The notes: generated by a model from the sequence alone, not told the origin. 63,853 nt of DNA, filler included, from Folioceros fuciformis (GCA_049999805.1; 10 parts of 10 records of this genome joined end to end with filler, not necessarily neighbours in it), one strand, 5' to 3'. Counted from the first letter of the whole stretch, positions 12,675 through 25,800 are shown. Numbers and translations: made by a program.

Positions 12675-13939
12675 ATGGTTAAGTTAACGATGATCGCCCG
12701 TGTCACGGACGGCTTGCCCTTGGCAGAGGGATTAGATGATGGCAGGACGGAAAGGGACTGGGATGTTTACAAGCAGCAGGGGAAATCCTTGTTTAAGAAG
12801 CTATCGCAGGGCGCGCATGAGCCTTCCCGCATGTCTGTAGAGACGGGACCGTATTTCTTCCAGTATCCTTATAATAGCCTAGGGCAGTAAATCTGGTTTA
12901 GATTTGTGTGCCCGGCATTGTTGTGGATTGTGGAACATGCATGTCCACTCATGGTAGGGTTTGGTGGAGGATTCGTTGGCAGCTCCAGGTGGCTCGGAGA
13001 GGATGTCTGACATAAGCTATATTCTGGAAAATTCCCTGTTTGCCTTGATTGACATTTTCCAGCTACATCATCGAAGGTGGCGTTTGTTACCTAACCTTAT
13101 GTGAACGAGCTTATCCTAAGAAGCTAGCTTTTCAGTACCTCGAGGACCTGCAGAAAGAGTTCGAGAAGGTGAACAGGTCGCAAATAGAGACTGTTGCTAG
13201 GCCATATGCGTTTGTGAAGTTTGGTGAGTACCTTGTCACTTTGCACTCCGAGTTCGCGCCGCTATGCTGGCCATGCCGTTTACAGCAAGGTTTCTTGTGG
13301 TGGTGAATCTTGATTCTTTGATATGGATTGCGGAACATGGCTAGTGCTGTGTGTTACGTCATGACTGTGAAGGACAATGTAGTGGACGTTTTCAGGTTTT
13401 GTTCTTGGCTGCAGACACTGTCATTCAAAGAACACGGAAGCTGTATCAGGATACTCGGACTCAAAGAAACCTTTCTAAGCTAAACGATGATCTGTTCGAA
13501 GTTCAGCAGATTATGACACGGAACATCCAAGAAGTGCTTGGCATTGGGGACAGGCTTGACCGTAAGTATCAGCCAACAGCCATGACTCCGCTCATGCTTT
13601 AGGCAAGGCTTGTTGCTGCATTCGATTTCACTTGCCCGACATAGGTCGTCCTTCATCAACGACCAGAGCGACTTACCGTTTATGAGGCTCTTTGCAGAGG
13701 CGACCCAGAAGTCAAACAGACTAACAAGTGAGTCTCGCTTGTATGTCACCAAGGCGAAGGACCTGAATAGACAGGTAACTGCTACTGCTGCACCTCGACG
13801 TTCCCAACGATCTTTGCGGACCTTTGGTCTCACCATTTTCATGTGTATGCAGGCCTTCATCAGGAAGTGGGCACCAGTGGCCATTGTTTTCGGCATCGTT
13901 CTCCTCCTGCTTTTTGCGAGGAGATACATATGGGGGTAG
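12675..13939 (+). CDS. SEC22: SEC22 longin R-SNARE, 5 exons (12675-12862, 13063-13223, 13415-13561, 13698-13774, 13853-13939)
   Basis: [50 protein letters not shown] motif [20 protein letters not shown] and a C-terminal TM. All splice junctions keep the frame. Confidence 0.96.
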
Positions 13940-16460
13940 CCCACGTAATCGGCAGTCATTGTTAGACAACGAGCTTGTTCAGTCGTCCTGTTCCGGACCC
14001 CGATGTCGCTCTCACTCAAACTTCGTCTAAACTGGGTCCCGAATTATTCGATTAGGTATCTAGTTAGGATTCACCGATATGATTTTCTGTTGAAGATGGC
14101 GGTAACGGCCTCGAGGTCGGCTGAACCCAAACTGGAAATGTGAGAGCGCCTTCACATCTCCTTCTTTCGATCGTCATGGGCCCTCCTTTGCTGCAGTACC
14201 ACCCGCCCCAAGACCCGACACTTGTGAAGGGCAATCCGAGATTCATCACTCTCTATTCCACGACGGTATCGCGTCCCTGCCCTTCACGTTCTGCGTTCAA
14301 TATGGGAAGATGTTGCTCACAAAACTTGCATCCTCTTCCAGTTTCTTCTCCCGGAGAGGGAAGATTATCCCGGGCCGAAGCCAGGACTCGGCTACTACAG
14401 GGCCCGATGGCACCGAAAGCCATTTGATTTTCCCTTCGGAAACACACTGTACAGGTTAGATATTTCTGCGTCTCAGATCGGGGAGAAGAATCCTTGTGCC
14501 TGCCGCAGCCCACAAAGAAGGCAAAAATTACGCGATACCTTATCACTTTCAGCTTGCCCGTCCTGCAGCGAGACGTTCTCCAAGCCNNNNNNNNNNNNNN
14601 NNNNNNNNNNNNNNNNNNNNNNNNNNNNNNTTAATTAATTAANNNNNNNNNNNNNNNNNNNNNNNNNNNNNNNNNNNNNNNNNNNNTCCTAGCGGGGTGT
14701 GAAATTCCACGGCGGGACTGGACGAAAGGCGGTGCAATCCGTGGGTGCCGGCACCGATGGGGCTATTAAGGGGGTGACGACCCGGCAGCCAGATCATCCT
14801 AAGGTATGAAACGTGAGCATGCCAGGTGGGACACATTGGCTGCCACGACGGAGCCAGGACCGTCGGCACGTCGCTTTAGGACACGCGCTGGCTTGCGCCA
14901 GCCTCCCGCGCGCCCCTTCACGACCCACATCATGGGTGTGTCGTCTCCACGCCGTTCTTTTATTATCACAGGCTTTTAACACCGTTTCCTAGCTCCTATG
15001 TGTGTACGTATGTACGAACATATTTCGGTCTTCAATTTCTCATGGTCTTCTCAAATGGGCCGGGTTGAGCAATCTCCTCGAAGAACTTCGCCTCAACAGC
15101 ACGCACTCCAGATCGAGTCAGCAGGTTATGCAATCTTGAAGAAATCGAAAGGTCTGCATATTATATTGAGGTAGTGCATCAAGCGGCATACACTCCAGCC
15201 CCGCCCGCCCTGGTTGTCACCCGCTTGCTATCCCCAACCTCTTCCACGCCTAGGAATCTGTGATTCCTCTCTACCCCAACCTCTCCTGTTTGTCGGAATC
15301 TGCGATTCCTTGCAATCCTCTACTTAGGGTTTTAATGATTTCACCATCTTCCTCCACTTCCGAGGTTTGGGAGTCTTTGGCCCGACCCGCTGGCGCTCCC
15401 AAGTGCCTAAGGCTTCGGATCTCGCGACTCATCGCAGGAAGGAACAAAAGCAAACCTCTGCGACTAGGTAGAGTAGATAGAGGGTTTCGCTGTCCAACAA
15501 GACAGCCGCGGACCCTGCCCCGTCACCGGGCAAGAAAGGCCCGAATCTGATCCCGCTACACAGTCGGGCAGCAGCAGGTCTAGCCCTCTTGTTCAAGAAA
15601 TCAACTACAAGATTAGCCTGCCCGACAGCAAATCAGCTGTGATCTGATCCCACCGCCTAGTGGCTCCGATGCGAGCCCGGCCCCGGAATCCCAGAACTCT
15701 GGGAAATTTAGCGGACCCCGCAGAGCATTGAGATATGTCCATATCGGCGACATCAAGGACCAGCCACAGCTCCAGAGCCGGCGAGAACCCACCGCGGGAT
15801 CAGCTTGTCGCTCTTCAGCCAACAATAACCAGCAGCCGGGGAACAGCCGCTCCACTTCTCAGGCAAGAGGGATCAGCTCACTGGCCAGCGGAACAGCTGA
15901 ACCCGGGCAAGACTGCATGAATTGGAAAATTGGAGAAAACAAACAGGCCATTCCTGGCCTCACTAGCACCCTTCTGGTATCAGCCTAGACCTCCTGAGGA
16001 GTGTTGCAGTGTTCAAAAGACCAAATGCCAGAGCTAGCTTCGCTGTATGCCCATAGAGCGCATCTCTCCATCGGGCGCTTCCATGTCACCTGCGGAGGCC
16101 TCTTCCTTCATAGTAGATCTTCTATTCCACCATGTGTAATGTTTTTTGGCTAGAGTACTTGAACACAAATCCAAGAGACAACACAAGACAATCCTTGCAA
16201 GTCCGAAAAACCAATGTTCCATGAATGCATGGCTGATGGCTTGATAAGTTGATTTTCTCTTTCCATGCGTCTCTCAAGCACTCTATCTTGATGCAAATAA
16301 TGGTTAACAGAGTTTTAACGGCTCAAAATAAAAGGGGCAATACTTACTTAGCAAGGCCTACACAACAGCCACATGGATGTATGTAATCTTACAAAATTCT
16401 CATGGCCTCGACCAAGATATGCATTCAAACAAAGCGATCACAAGGTGAGCAAATACTGAC

Positions 16461-16668
16461 TGTTCCCCTCCTCTATTCCTTCCTCTCCAACAAATCTATA
16501 GGTAATTTGTTCCAACCAATGCAGCCCTTGTTCTCCCTCCTCTATTCCTTCCTCTCCAGCAAATCTATGGGCAATTTGCTCCAACCAATTCAGCCCTTGT
16601 TCCTCCTCCTCTATTCCTTCCTCTCCAGCAAATTTATGGGCAATTTGCTCCAGCCAATCCAGCCCTCA
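16461..16668. repeat. ~69-bp tandem repeat, 3 copies
   Basis: TGTTC..CTCCTCTATTCCTTCCTCTCCA.CAAAT.TAT.GG.AATTTG.TCCA.CCAAT.CAGCCCT repeated; the ORF at 16402 shows the 23-aa periodicity. Confidence 0.85.
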
Positions 16669-17689
16669 TGAGATGTTTATCCTCTTTTCTTGGTAGACCC
16701 TTTTGAGATGCTTCACCTCTCCTCTCCGTCAACCTTCCTTTACCCTTGTCAACTCTAATCGAGTGACCAACTCTCATTCTTGCTACACTTATTATTGCCC
16801 TATAATATATACAAGTGTTTATAACTTTTGAAGTGTTTGTAAATTTTTACCCTGTAGTAGGTAGACCCTTTCTCTTCCAAGAATGTTTTAGATGCTATTT
16901 CTCTTCCAAGAATGTTTTAGATGCTATTGGTAGTCATTAGGTTTAAGGGGTTAGTCCCTAGTGTTCCTATCATAGTTTATCTCCCTCTTGGGATAGATGG
17001 GTTTTTCATTTTATTCTTCTTAAATAAATTAATTAATTTTGAAGTAACTTGCTACTGTGAACCATAATCTAATATAAATATATACATGCATCACTCAAAG
17101 CAGTTTTTATCATAAAAAAATTAATTTAATAACTTAGGTAGATTTACAATATAAAGACATAGCATTTTTAAATTGAACACTAATCACAATATTATTCTAT
17201 AATAGTAACTAAGTATTTTCAACCCTTTGGAAGTTTGGTCCTATTACACAAGCTTAAGTATTCATTCATCTTTGATACCCAACTTGGCTTATGTCAAGAG
17301 AAGCGGTCTCCATAAATAGATATAAAGTACATGGAGGAAGGCATTGGTCTTTCAACACGCCTTCTTGAACCCAAAATTTTGCATGTTGACACTTTCACAA
17401 CTATTTATTCTAATACATCACTCTGGGCTAAGTGAAATGTTTTTTTGGGTTTTACATGGATGACTTTTTTTAACACATGTCCATTTGAGATTTATGATAA
17501 AATATCAAAAATTAGTTGGACTTGCATGTTTTTGGAAAAGTGCAAAATGGGTTTTATGGAATCCAACCATTTGGCACATAGCTTCTTAAAAGACTATCCT
17601 ATGAAAAACCTTGCTACACAAGTGGATTGTGACCACTGCTTCTATTGCCTACTACAATCGCGGGCAATGGATTCTAGCAAGAAATGAGA

Positions 17690-18200
17690 AAGGGCGTTAG
17701 CCTACTTGCACCCTACTCATACACAAGGCCAATAGGTATGCACCAAGGGCACCCACTCATAAAAGGGCGAAGCCTACATTTACCCTTTCTAGGCCATACA
17801 TGACCTTCCACCTGTAGGGTTATTAAAGCCCAATGTGCTTAGGCTAATGTGTTTAGTCTAAGATTAGTGTCTAGTTAATGTGCTTAGACTAATGTGTTTA
17901 GTCTAAGATTAGTGTCTAGTTAAGTATCATTAGTTTAGATTAGCTTAAGCTAATCTGTAGGAAGCTTCTTGCGCAGCTTCCTATGAGCTTCTTGTGAAGC
18001 TTCCTAGGGAGCTCTTATAGAGGGTATAAATACCCCTTGAGCTCCCTTGCCAACCACTCTCAATGTGACCTCTTTTTCTCCTCTCCTCTCTGCCTCCTCT
18101 TCTCCTCTCCTCCACCATGCTCCTCTAGTGTTCCTACACCACCCACCTCCTAGGTAGAAGACCTTCGTAGCAATAGACTACGTTTGCTTAGTAAAGACTT
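17690..18200 (+). mobile_element. LTR-like sequence (45-bp tandem duplication at 17832-17923, TATAAATA followed by a CT-rich tract)
   Basis: Layout typical of a plant LTR; the boundaries are not determined. Confidence 0.45.
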
Positions 18201-19850
18201 CATATTAATGAGAGGCTATTGCTTTGACAATAGTTATCAGGATGGCAAGAGCTATGAGGGCATCGACATGACGCTTTCCCCAAAACAATACATTTGCCGA
18301 AAAGAATTCAAATAGCATTTGGTAAGAGAAGGATCTTTCAGGTGTGTCTCCGCCCGACCGCATTTGTTAAGCTTTATGGTTGGAATCATCAAGAACCGTA
18401 GCAAGGTTTCCTACTTGGCTCTTCTCTTGTTTAGGAATAATTAATTCTCCTCCTCAAAAACATCTTTTGAAGACCACTAGATGCACATTTTTATTGCAAT
18501 AGGTTTGTCCGTAGTCCAAGTTTATTTGTTCAATGTCGCCTATGGCCAACAAGAAACCATATGCTCTTCTCACTTGCATAGGAATGGCAACACTTCTTTA
18601 GTCAACTAAGGTGTTCAATTGTGGCTTTCGATGGAACAACAAAGACTCATGCAAGCAACACCACCTAGAAATTGTCATCCTCACTACCGCTCTCATGTCT
18701 TGAGTTTAGGCCTTGGTAGGCATATCAGGCAGCAAGGCCAACACGACCACATTTCTTGAGTCCCAGTTGCATCACCTCTATACTCCTCCTTCCTATTGCT
18801 TTCCCCAAGATGCATTGCATTGTGTTGGTGAGGTTTATGTTTTGCGGGGTTGAAGGCATATTGTTTATTAAGCGAGAGCGGAGAGCGGAGAGCGGACGCT
18901 CCACTAGCGTACTTGCATTAAATTTAGGAATTGAGTGAAAGTCCTGGTTAAAATTTAATGGCAAACTTCCATGTTCCATTATAGTAGGTTTACTTCTAGG
19001 CCCTTATCCTCTACTTTGTGCACCAATGCTTATGGGATCAATTGCATCGTCCACATGTCGCTTTTCTTGGGGTGCCACTTCGCCGACATTTGGCAGGGTA
19101 GCAGTAGTAAGACATATGGCAAAAATGCCATATCTCATGCTTTCTTCATCTCACGAGTGAACCCTCAAAGCATCATTTGCACCAAACAAGCCTTGGCTAC
19201 CTACTGTGATCGTCACGACCAACAATGTTGCCTTCATCTTATTTGTAAGGCTGATGAATTTGTGGGCAGATTGGATAAGGAGCACCGACTATGGAAGCAA
19301 CATAAGAAGAAACCGCAAGCATCGACAGTTGCAAAGGCAATACCCTTGCCAACCTCAACGTTGAGGACAAGGAACTTGCCTCAACAGAAGGATGAAGTGG
19401 AAGTGACTTACGGAAGGGAGGAGGGGCAATCAACCCGAGTCTTGGGAGTGTAGGCTATGGGCACCATAGCCTTGGTAGTGAGGGATCTCACAAGTCCTAA
19501 GGACTTGTGAAATTTGACCCTCAAGGCTTGAGGTCTGCTGGGAAAGCTCGGCCGTATCCTTCTCCATACACATACAATAGTGCACCTTCGAAAAATTACT
19601 ACCAAGGCAAACACAATCAATATCCAAAAGAAGGATTGGATGGTATTACAGGGTATTAACCCCAAGGTGGACATCGTTGTGTTGACACCACTCCTCACAC
19701 TATGGTTGTACAGCTAAAAGGGATCCTGAGCTACACTGAACGAAATGCACCATTAGGGTGGATTTGGGCCATACATTGTTTGTTAGTGGTTCCAAAGTAA
19801 AGGATCGTTGTTGTAACTATCACATTTACCATGACCATCTACCGTAAGTC

Positions 19851-22800
19851 TATCTGTTAGAGGAATGTATTAGGTCTGCCTCATACAGTTCCTTATATCT
19901 TGCATCCACCATGTTCCGTTTCGTCTTACTCAACTTGTATTGTTGCCTATATATAGGCTCTTGGGTGGTAAGGTTGATACAAAAGGTTGTGACATTGCAC
20001 CTCCTGAGCTTATGCATGGAAAAGGCAAAACAGTCCTTGTACCTAAGCAGCAAGTTACGAATGCGGTCCTGCTGCTCTAGACTGAGTTTTGAACTCATCT
20101 TCCAAGGGAAATTAGTAGCAGACAGCTTGGGTGTAGCTCTTGGATCCTCCTTTTCTACCTTGGCCTGGTCAGATGCTGAGTAAACAATACCTGATGCCAG
20201 TATTGCGTACTCCACCCCTCTAGCATCTGGCCAAAAAGGCAGAGGTATGTATCCTGGGAATGGGAGGTGAATAGCAACTCCACGGCACATGCTAGCAAAG
20301 AAGCTTGGGAGTAGCATGGGAGTGACCTAAGTGTGCAACTAAAAGGCAAGGCACAAACTCACCAACCACATGATGGCATGGAGGTCCATGGCTCCCTAGA
20401 GTGCCCTTGCACTGCCGATTAGTGATGGTGGGGTCATTGTACTATGGGTATGAAAACACATGAGTCACTCTCGCTTCTCAACTATTGGTTCTTCCCAACG
20501 TTGTGTGTCACTATTCAGTAATAAGCCAACTTCTCCTCTATAAGTGAATGATCCCATAAAGCTGACCAACGTGGGCAAGGTCTGCCTTGGCTAACCTGGA
20601 ATGTTGGTCTTGAACCAAGGGGCTTTCTCACTAGCCACCATAGGTCGTGGCCGGTGCTGGGCCTCCAATATAGTACAGAGTTGTAGCCGAGGATCCCTGC
20701 TAGTGTTCTGGAGAGCCAAGTCCAGCATGGAGACAAGGACCAAATTGGTCTAGTAGTTACAAAGCTTGTGGGCATAGCTACCCACCTGCATAGCATCCAT
20801 GAGAAATGGTGGCCCTACAAAATGTCACACAATGACCATATCCTGCTACACCTATGGCCGGGTATCAAGCTGGGCTGGCATGTTCTCGAGCAAGTATGCG
20901 CACTGAGGGTTATTGTCTTATGCCCACGCCAAAATTTGCTGGAGTTTTGTGAAAAGACCAGAACATGGATCTGTCAATCCTGCACCTACACCAGCTTGAG
21001 AGAATCCCTAGCATTCCCAACCAGCCATGACCATGTCAATGGGGCCCAGGGCTTGGCCCTACTGTATATACTGGATGTCTTGAGGTAAGGACGTGAATGT
21101 ATTAGCTACAGCCTCAGCTGGCAGCTGCTGTGGGAAACGATGTTGTAGGCCTTGCAGTCGACATGCAGCAATTTGCTTGGCGATGGGGTCCTTGTCGTAG
21201 TAAAGGTATCTTTGAATGCTCAAACCAGTTAAGAGCAATGCTTCTAGCTTGGTACAAATTCCACCGAACAGTTCAATGACTGTAAGGATTGGTGTAGCAG
21301 GTGCCCATTTGATGACGTGTTGTGCACATGAGATGTGGGACAAGATGACGAAGTCACGACTTCCAACAATTACTGCACCTTGTTAACTCGCTCCTATGCC
21401 CTGGCAAGCAATGCTTCTGCTTGCTATGGACAGACAGGCTGAATTAGAGCTTGCTGCAAACTGGTACACCTAACTTGAGCCTCTACAAAATTGGTCTTCA
21501 GATTCTTCTCCACTTGGTATGTGTCTCAGACAAGCTCCACCACATTGCTACTTTTGATACCAAATGCAACTTGGCTTTTCACCAATGTGGCTACGTTAGC
21601 CTCCACCTAGCTTCCTTGCTTCTAGTCAGGGCTATAGAAGGCTTGCTCAATCCAGTTGTCCACACCAACTCTTAGCGGGAAGAGAAACTCTTGCCCCAAC
21701 AGCAAATCATAGTTGGTGGTTGTGGTTACTAGGCAAGGTAGGGGCAATGTCATGGCATCTGGCATGCTTGGGTTGAAGGTGATGTCTAGGGGTTGGACTG
21801 TCTCACCACACACTGGTTCAATGGCCTCGGACACCGTCCTGATGTTCCAGGGCGAGGTATGCAGTGCATTGCCGTGAAGATGCAACCTTGCAGCCAGAAT
21901 CTTCCCACCAAGTACTGGTTGGGCTCTCGTGTCCAGCAACACCACTCTAGGTGCATACCATTAACTTTGACGTGCCCACCACGATTGTCAACAACCGCAT
22001 TGCTGACACAAGCTTGCAATCAGTTGGTGGGCTGCACTCGCGGTTGGCTATCAACTCCCTCAGCTATCTGTACAATGTAAGGGCCACCAAATGACTCGGT
22101 GCAATCTGCCCACGTGTAGAGTGTGACACTGCTGTTGGCATCACCTACTGTGGAGTGTATGCTGCACCCAGACTAGGATCAACAAATGCAGATGTGGCTT
22201 TTGTAGTTTGAAGAACTTGCCTCAGCTTGATGCTCGTGATACCCATGTCCTGAAAGACTGGCACCTGAGTTAGCTTGGCAGCCAATTTTGTGATTATAGT
22301 GGCTTGAGGTAAGAGATACACATGCTCTGATGTTGGCATGCTCTGGCCAGGTGTTCTGCCTGTATCCAGCTATTCCACATGTAGCGTGAGTGCTCCTAGC
22401 CTTGTACTGGAATTGCAGACCCCGGTGGCAGGCGGGGACAAGGACTTTGGCATGGCAACCCTGGCCCCTCGATTCCTGGTGACAGGCCTTGAGGCGGGCG
22501 TTGTTGTTCCCATGACCACCCATATATTTTGCCCCACCCATGTGGTTGGCAATACAACCCCTCCATGCTGCTATCACCAATTTTGTCAACCATACACACG
22601 TAGTGTGCTGGGTCATAATCCTCATCCTCCTATACTGGTACTAACTTCACCGCATTGGTTGGCTTGGAAGAGGCAGTGATGCTGGACAGGCTAGCTGTCA
22701 GGACTCCAAGTTGAGCTATCATGGCAGCCTTGGAAGCCTCAAGGGAGTTGACCTTGTCAGTAGTGGCGGTTGCCTTAGCCTTAGCCTTGTCACGCTACTG

Positions 22801-25800
22801 CTTACTCCGAAACACCCCAATAGTGCCTGCAGCTCCTCCTGCTTCCACACTCGCAGTTGTGGCTCCTCCATACCCCATGGTACTAGTCGTCTGGTGTCTT
22901 CGTTTGGGGTGCTTTTGGAAGCACACAATAACCACGTGTCCATTCTTTTGGCAATGGGTGCAATAGAGTCCCTTCGGAGGACACTTGCATGCAAGGGATA
23001 TGTGCTTAGGGTTGCCACAATGGTTACACATGGCTGCCACTACTGCTGCTGGAGCTGTTGTTGAAGCTACCTTAACTGGCTTAAGTCTAACAAGTCTTCG
23101 CTCCTGCACCTGTGTTAGCTGCTCCCTTGCTAGAGAACATGGATTGGTAGTGCGTGAAGGCCTTGGAATGCCGAGAGGCATAGGCCAAGAAGGCTACCTC
23201 CTTCTTCTTAGCTTCTTCATGCACTTGCTCCAAGGTGTACTTGTCCCCATATTTGTCCACTAAGGACGTAACCAGCTAGAAATGAAACAACGGGTCTCCT
23301 TGAAGGGTAGTAAAAAACCTCTCCGTTGCTTCCTGATATATCAGCATCTCTGTACCTTCCCTCAATTTCTGTAGCCTCCTGAAGCACATTTGGACTGTCC
23401 CCCCCTTTTTATGAGCAAAGGTAGCAAAAACTACAAGTTTGTCCGGGGTCTTCAACACAAATGCCTTCTCCAAAATATCCAAGAACTCCTCCACTCGGTT
23501 CAGGTATGTGCAGGTGTGTAGAAACTTCTGCACACCAGCTGTGGTAGTAGCCCGATTTGCTCGTGACAAATTCACCGCCGTTGGAGGTGGTGTGGTGGTG
23601 GGGATGGTCTTGGCTACAATCTCCACTTGATGGTCATTAATGGTTGCTGTTAGTTTGGCATAATATGCTAATTGTAGAGCCGAGTGATGGGCAAGGTTAG
23701 GAGTGGCAATTGTGCTCGACAACTCAGCCTGGTGAGCCTCGTACAAATCCAACACCTTATCTGCGAAGTAGCTAGATAGTTTTCCAAACATGTACTGGTG
23801 GTTATGGGCAACACCATGTTTGAACTTCACCTTGCTAATGACTGCATTGATGAATAGGCGAAAATCCCTTACGGATTGGGTGTCTAGTTCTGTGAGAATT
23901 TCTCCTGCCTAAGCTCTGGTGAACCACCCTCCATGGTGTCTGACCCTTCAGACAAGTCGCCTTGGCCTTGCTGCACCGAGGATAGGCTCAGCAAACCCTA
24001 TTTGTGTCTTCTGTGACCCCATGAATGACGGCTGTGAATTGAGAAACCCTTGTTGTCCAGGTCCCTCGTGACAAACTAGTTGCCCTCTGAATCTAAGTTG
24101 GTTAGCACAACATTCCTGCTCAGATATGAGAGGGGTGACCAATTGGGTTGTCCGATGGAAGTTGCTAGTTCTGAATCCTCTCTCACGTCAACTTCACTTA
24201 ATAGTTGGCGCCGTTGAGTTGCCCTCCTTCGCCTGCGTTGTACACGCTCTGGTCATGCCCTAATAGGAACGTCTCGAATCCTCAATCGGTAACGTGGGCT
24301 GGCCTCTTGCTGATCGGGTTGCATGCCCCATGCACCCTGGTAAACCTAGAGTTGGTGATGGGGCACCCCTGTTAAACCTACAGCTGGTGCTTGGCAAAGA
24401 CGGTGAGATGTTGTGCTGCGAATGATAGCACTGGGCTTGGAGCAATAAGTCTCGCTGGGAAGCTATGCACTACTTCAGCTGTACCCACGGAACCCTTCCA
24501 CTAGCTGCTGCTGGCAACTAAATGAAATCCCTGCTTTCAAAGGCTTTCGCCTTTGACCACATGTGGTCTCCAACCAACCATGAGTGCATCACTCAACAAA
24601 TGTCACCAAGAAATGAGAGTTAGTTCCTCCCAAATTCCTAGTAGTGGCCTCCCTTCGTGCCACATCTGGTTGTAGCTGTAAGCTATCCCCCAACCTGAAT
24701 GAGCATGAGCAAAGCTCAGCTACTCCCTACCTAAATAATCCCAATTTTGGGAAAATCCTAGCCCCGGAAAATCTCAGTCCCCTAGTCTTGATAGGCAGCT
24801 GTAGCTACGATTAGAAAGCAAGGAAACACAATGTTCTTGGAGTCCTGAGGGAACAAGAAATCTACCCCTCCCCAGAGCACCTACAATCAGCCATGTCCCT
24901 CCTACTATAGTAATTTGATCTGCACTAAAAATCTAGGATCAGTTCCTGGAATCGACTTAAAAGTTAGCGTAAAGCCTACCAAAATCTTCAAGTTTGCAAG
25001 ACAAATCTATTGATATGTAGATCAAAGGCAACGGAGCGGAATTGCGTCCGTTACATCCTCCTGAAGTTTGGCATACGCACCCCCAAACTCCAAACCTGAG
25101 GCTTAAGTGCGTAAAATGCTGAGCGACTTGCTGGGGCTGCCTCGACGTGGTCTATAAATGGTGCCCTAGATGCTAGCTCTCCTGAGCCCTGTGTATAGAG
25201 CCTTAGGTTGACATGTAGTTACTGAAGGTAGAAAGGTATTTGCTACAGCACTGAGCATGCACCTTCCAAACTCACGGGTACTATAAAGGGAGAGAGGTAT
25301 TCTTCAAGGCTGCTGCCTTCATGCACATGTCTGGCTACGCCCCAAAGTCCCTACAAACCCTAAATCCCTAGCAATGCAAAGGGAAAATGGCAGACTCCAC
25401 ACAAATAGGTCTAAATGGATGCTCCAGAAATGCTGCCCCGCTATAGCTGCTTGGTTGCAACCTAAGAACTCCTCGCCTGTGCCCTCATTGCTAGATTGAA
25501 CGAGTTGTTCAAGTAAGATGTTAGGCTGCTCACATGCACCATAGCTCACTCCATGTCGTAAAACTGCAAAAAAGAGGCTGCCCTTGTTAGGTTGCCCAAC
25601 ATTGGTAAGTCACTTGTGAAATGCCACCATCACCCTTTCAATCACAATCTTGCACCAAACATTGAAAACAACTCTTTCTTTCACAGAAGGGTAGTGAACA
25701 ACAAAGAGGTCTAGGTTTCCTACTGGTTCCTCTAAAAAGCGACTTCGACAACTACTTTCCTTCATTGCCATGTTTGGTCTCCCCACTCCTTAGCTATTGC

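Noticed and set aside
14687-16250. GC-rich region with many short ORFs
   Set aside because: I could not build a consistent exon chain or recognise a protein motif.
20345-21289. Alternative reading as a host DRM/DNMT3 gene or bacterial contaminant
   Set aside because: No introns, an unpermuted motif order (unlike DRM), co-orientation between protease and RT, and decay similar to the surrounding retrotransposon all favour an integral pol domain.
24206-24216. TGGCGCCGTTG resembling a tRNA-Asp primer-binding site
   Set aside because: Only 11 nt, on the strand opposite to the gypsy coding region, and not preceded by a recognisable LTR end.
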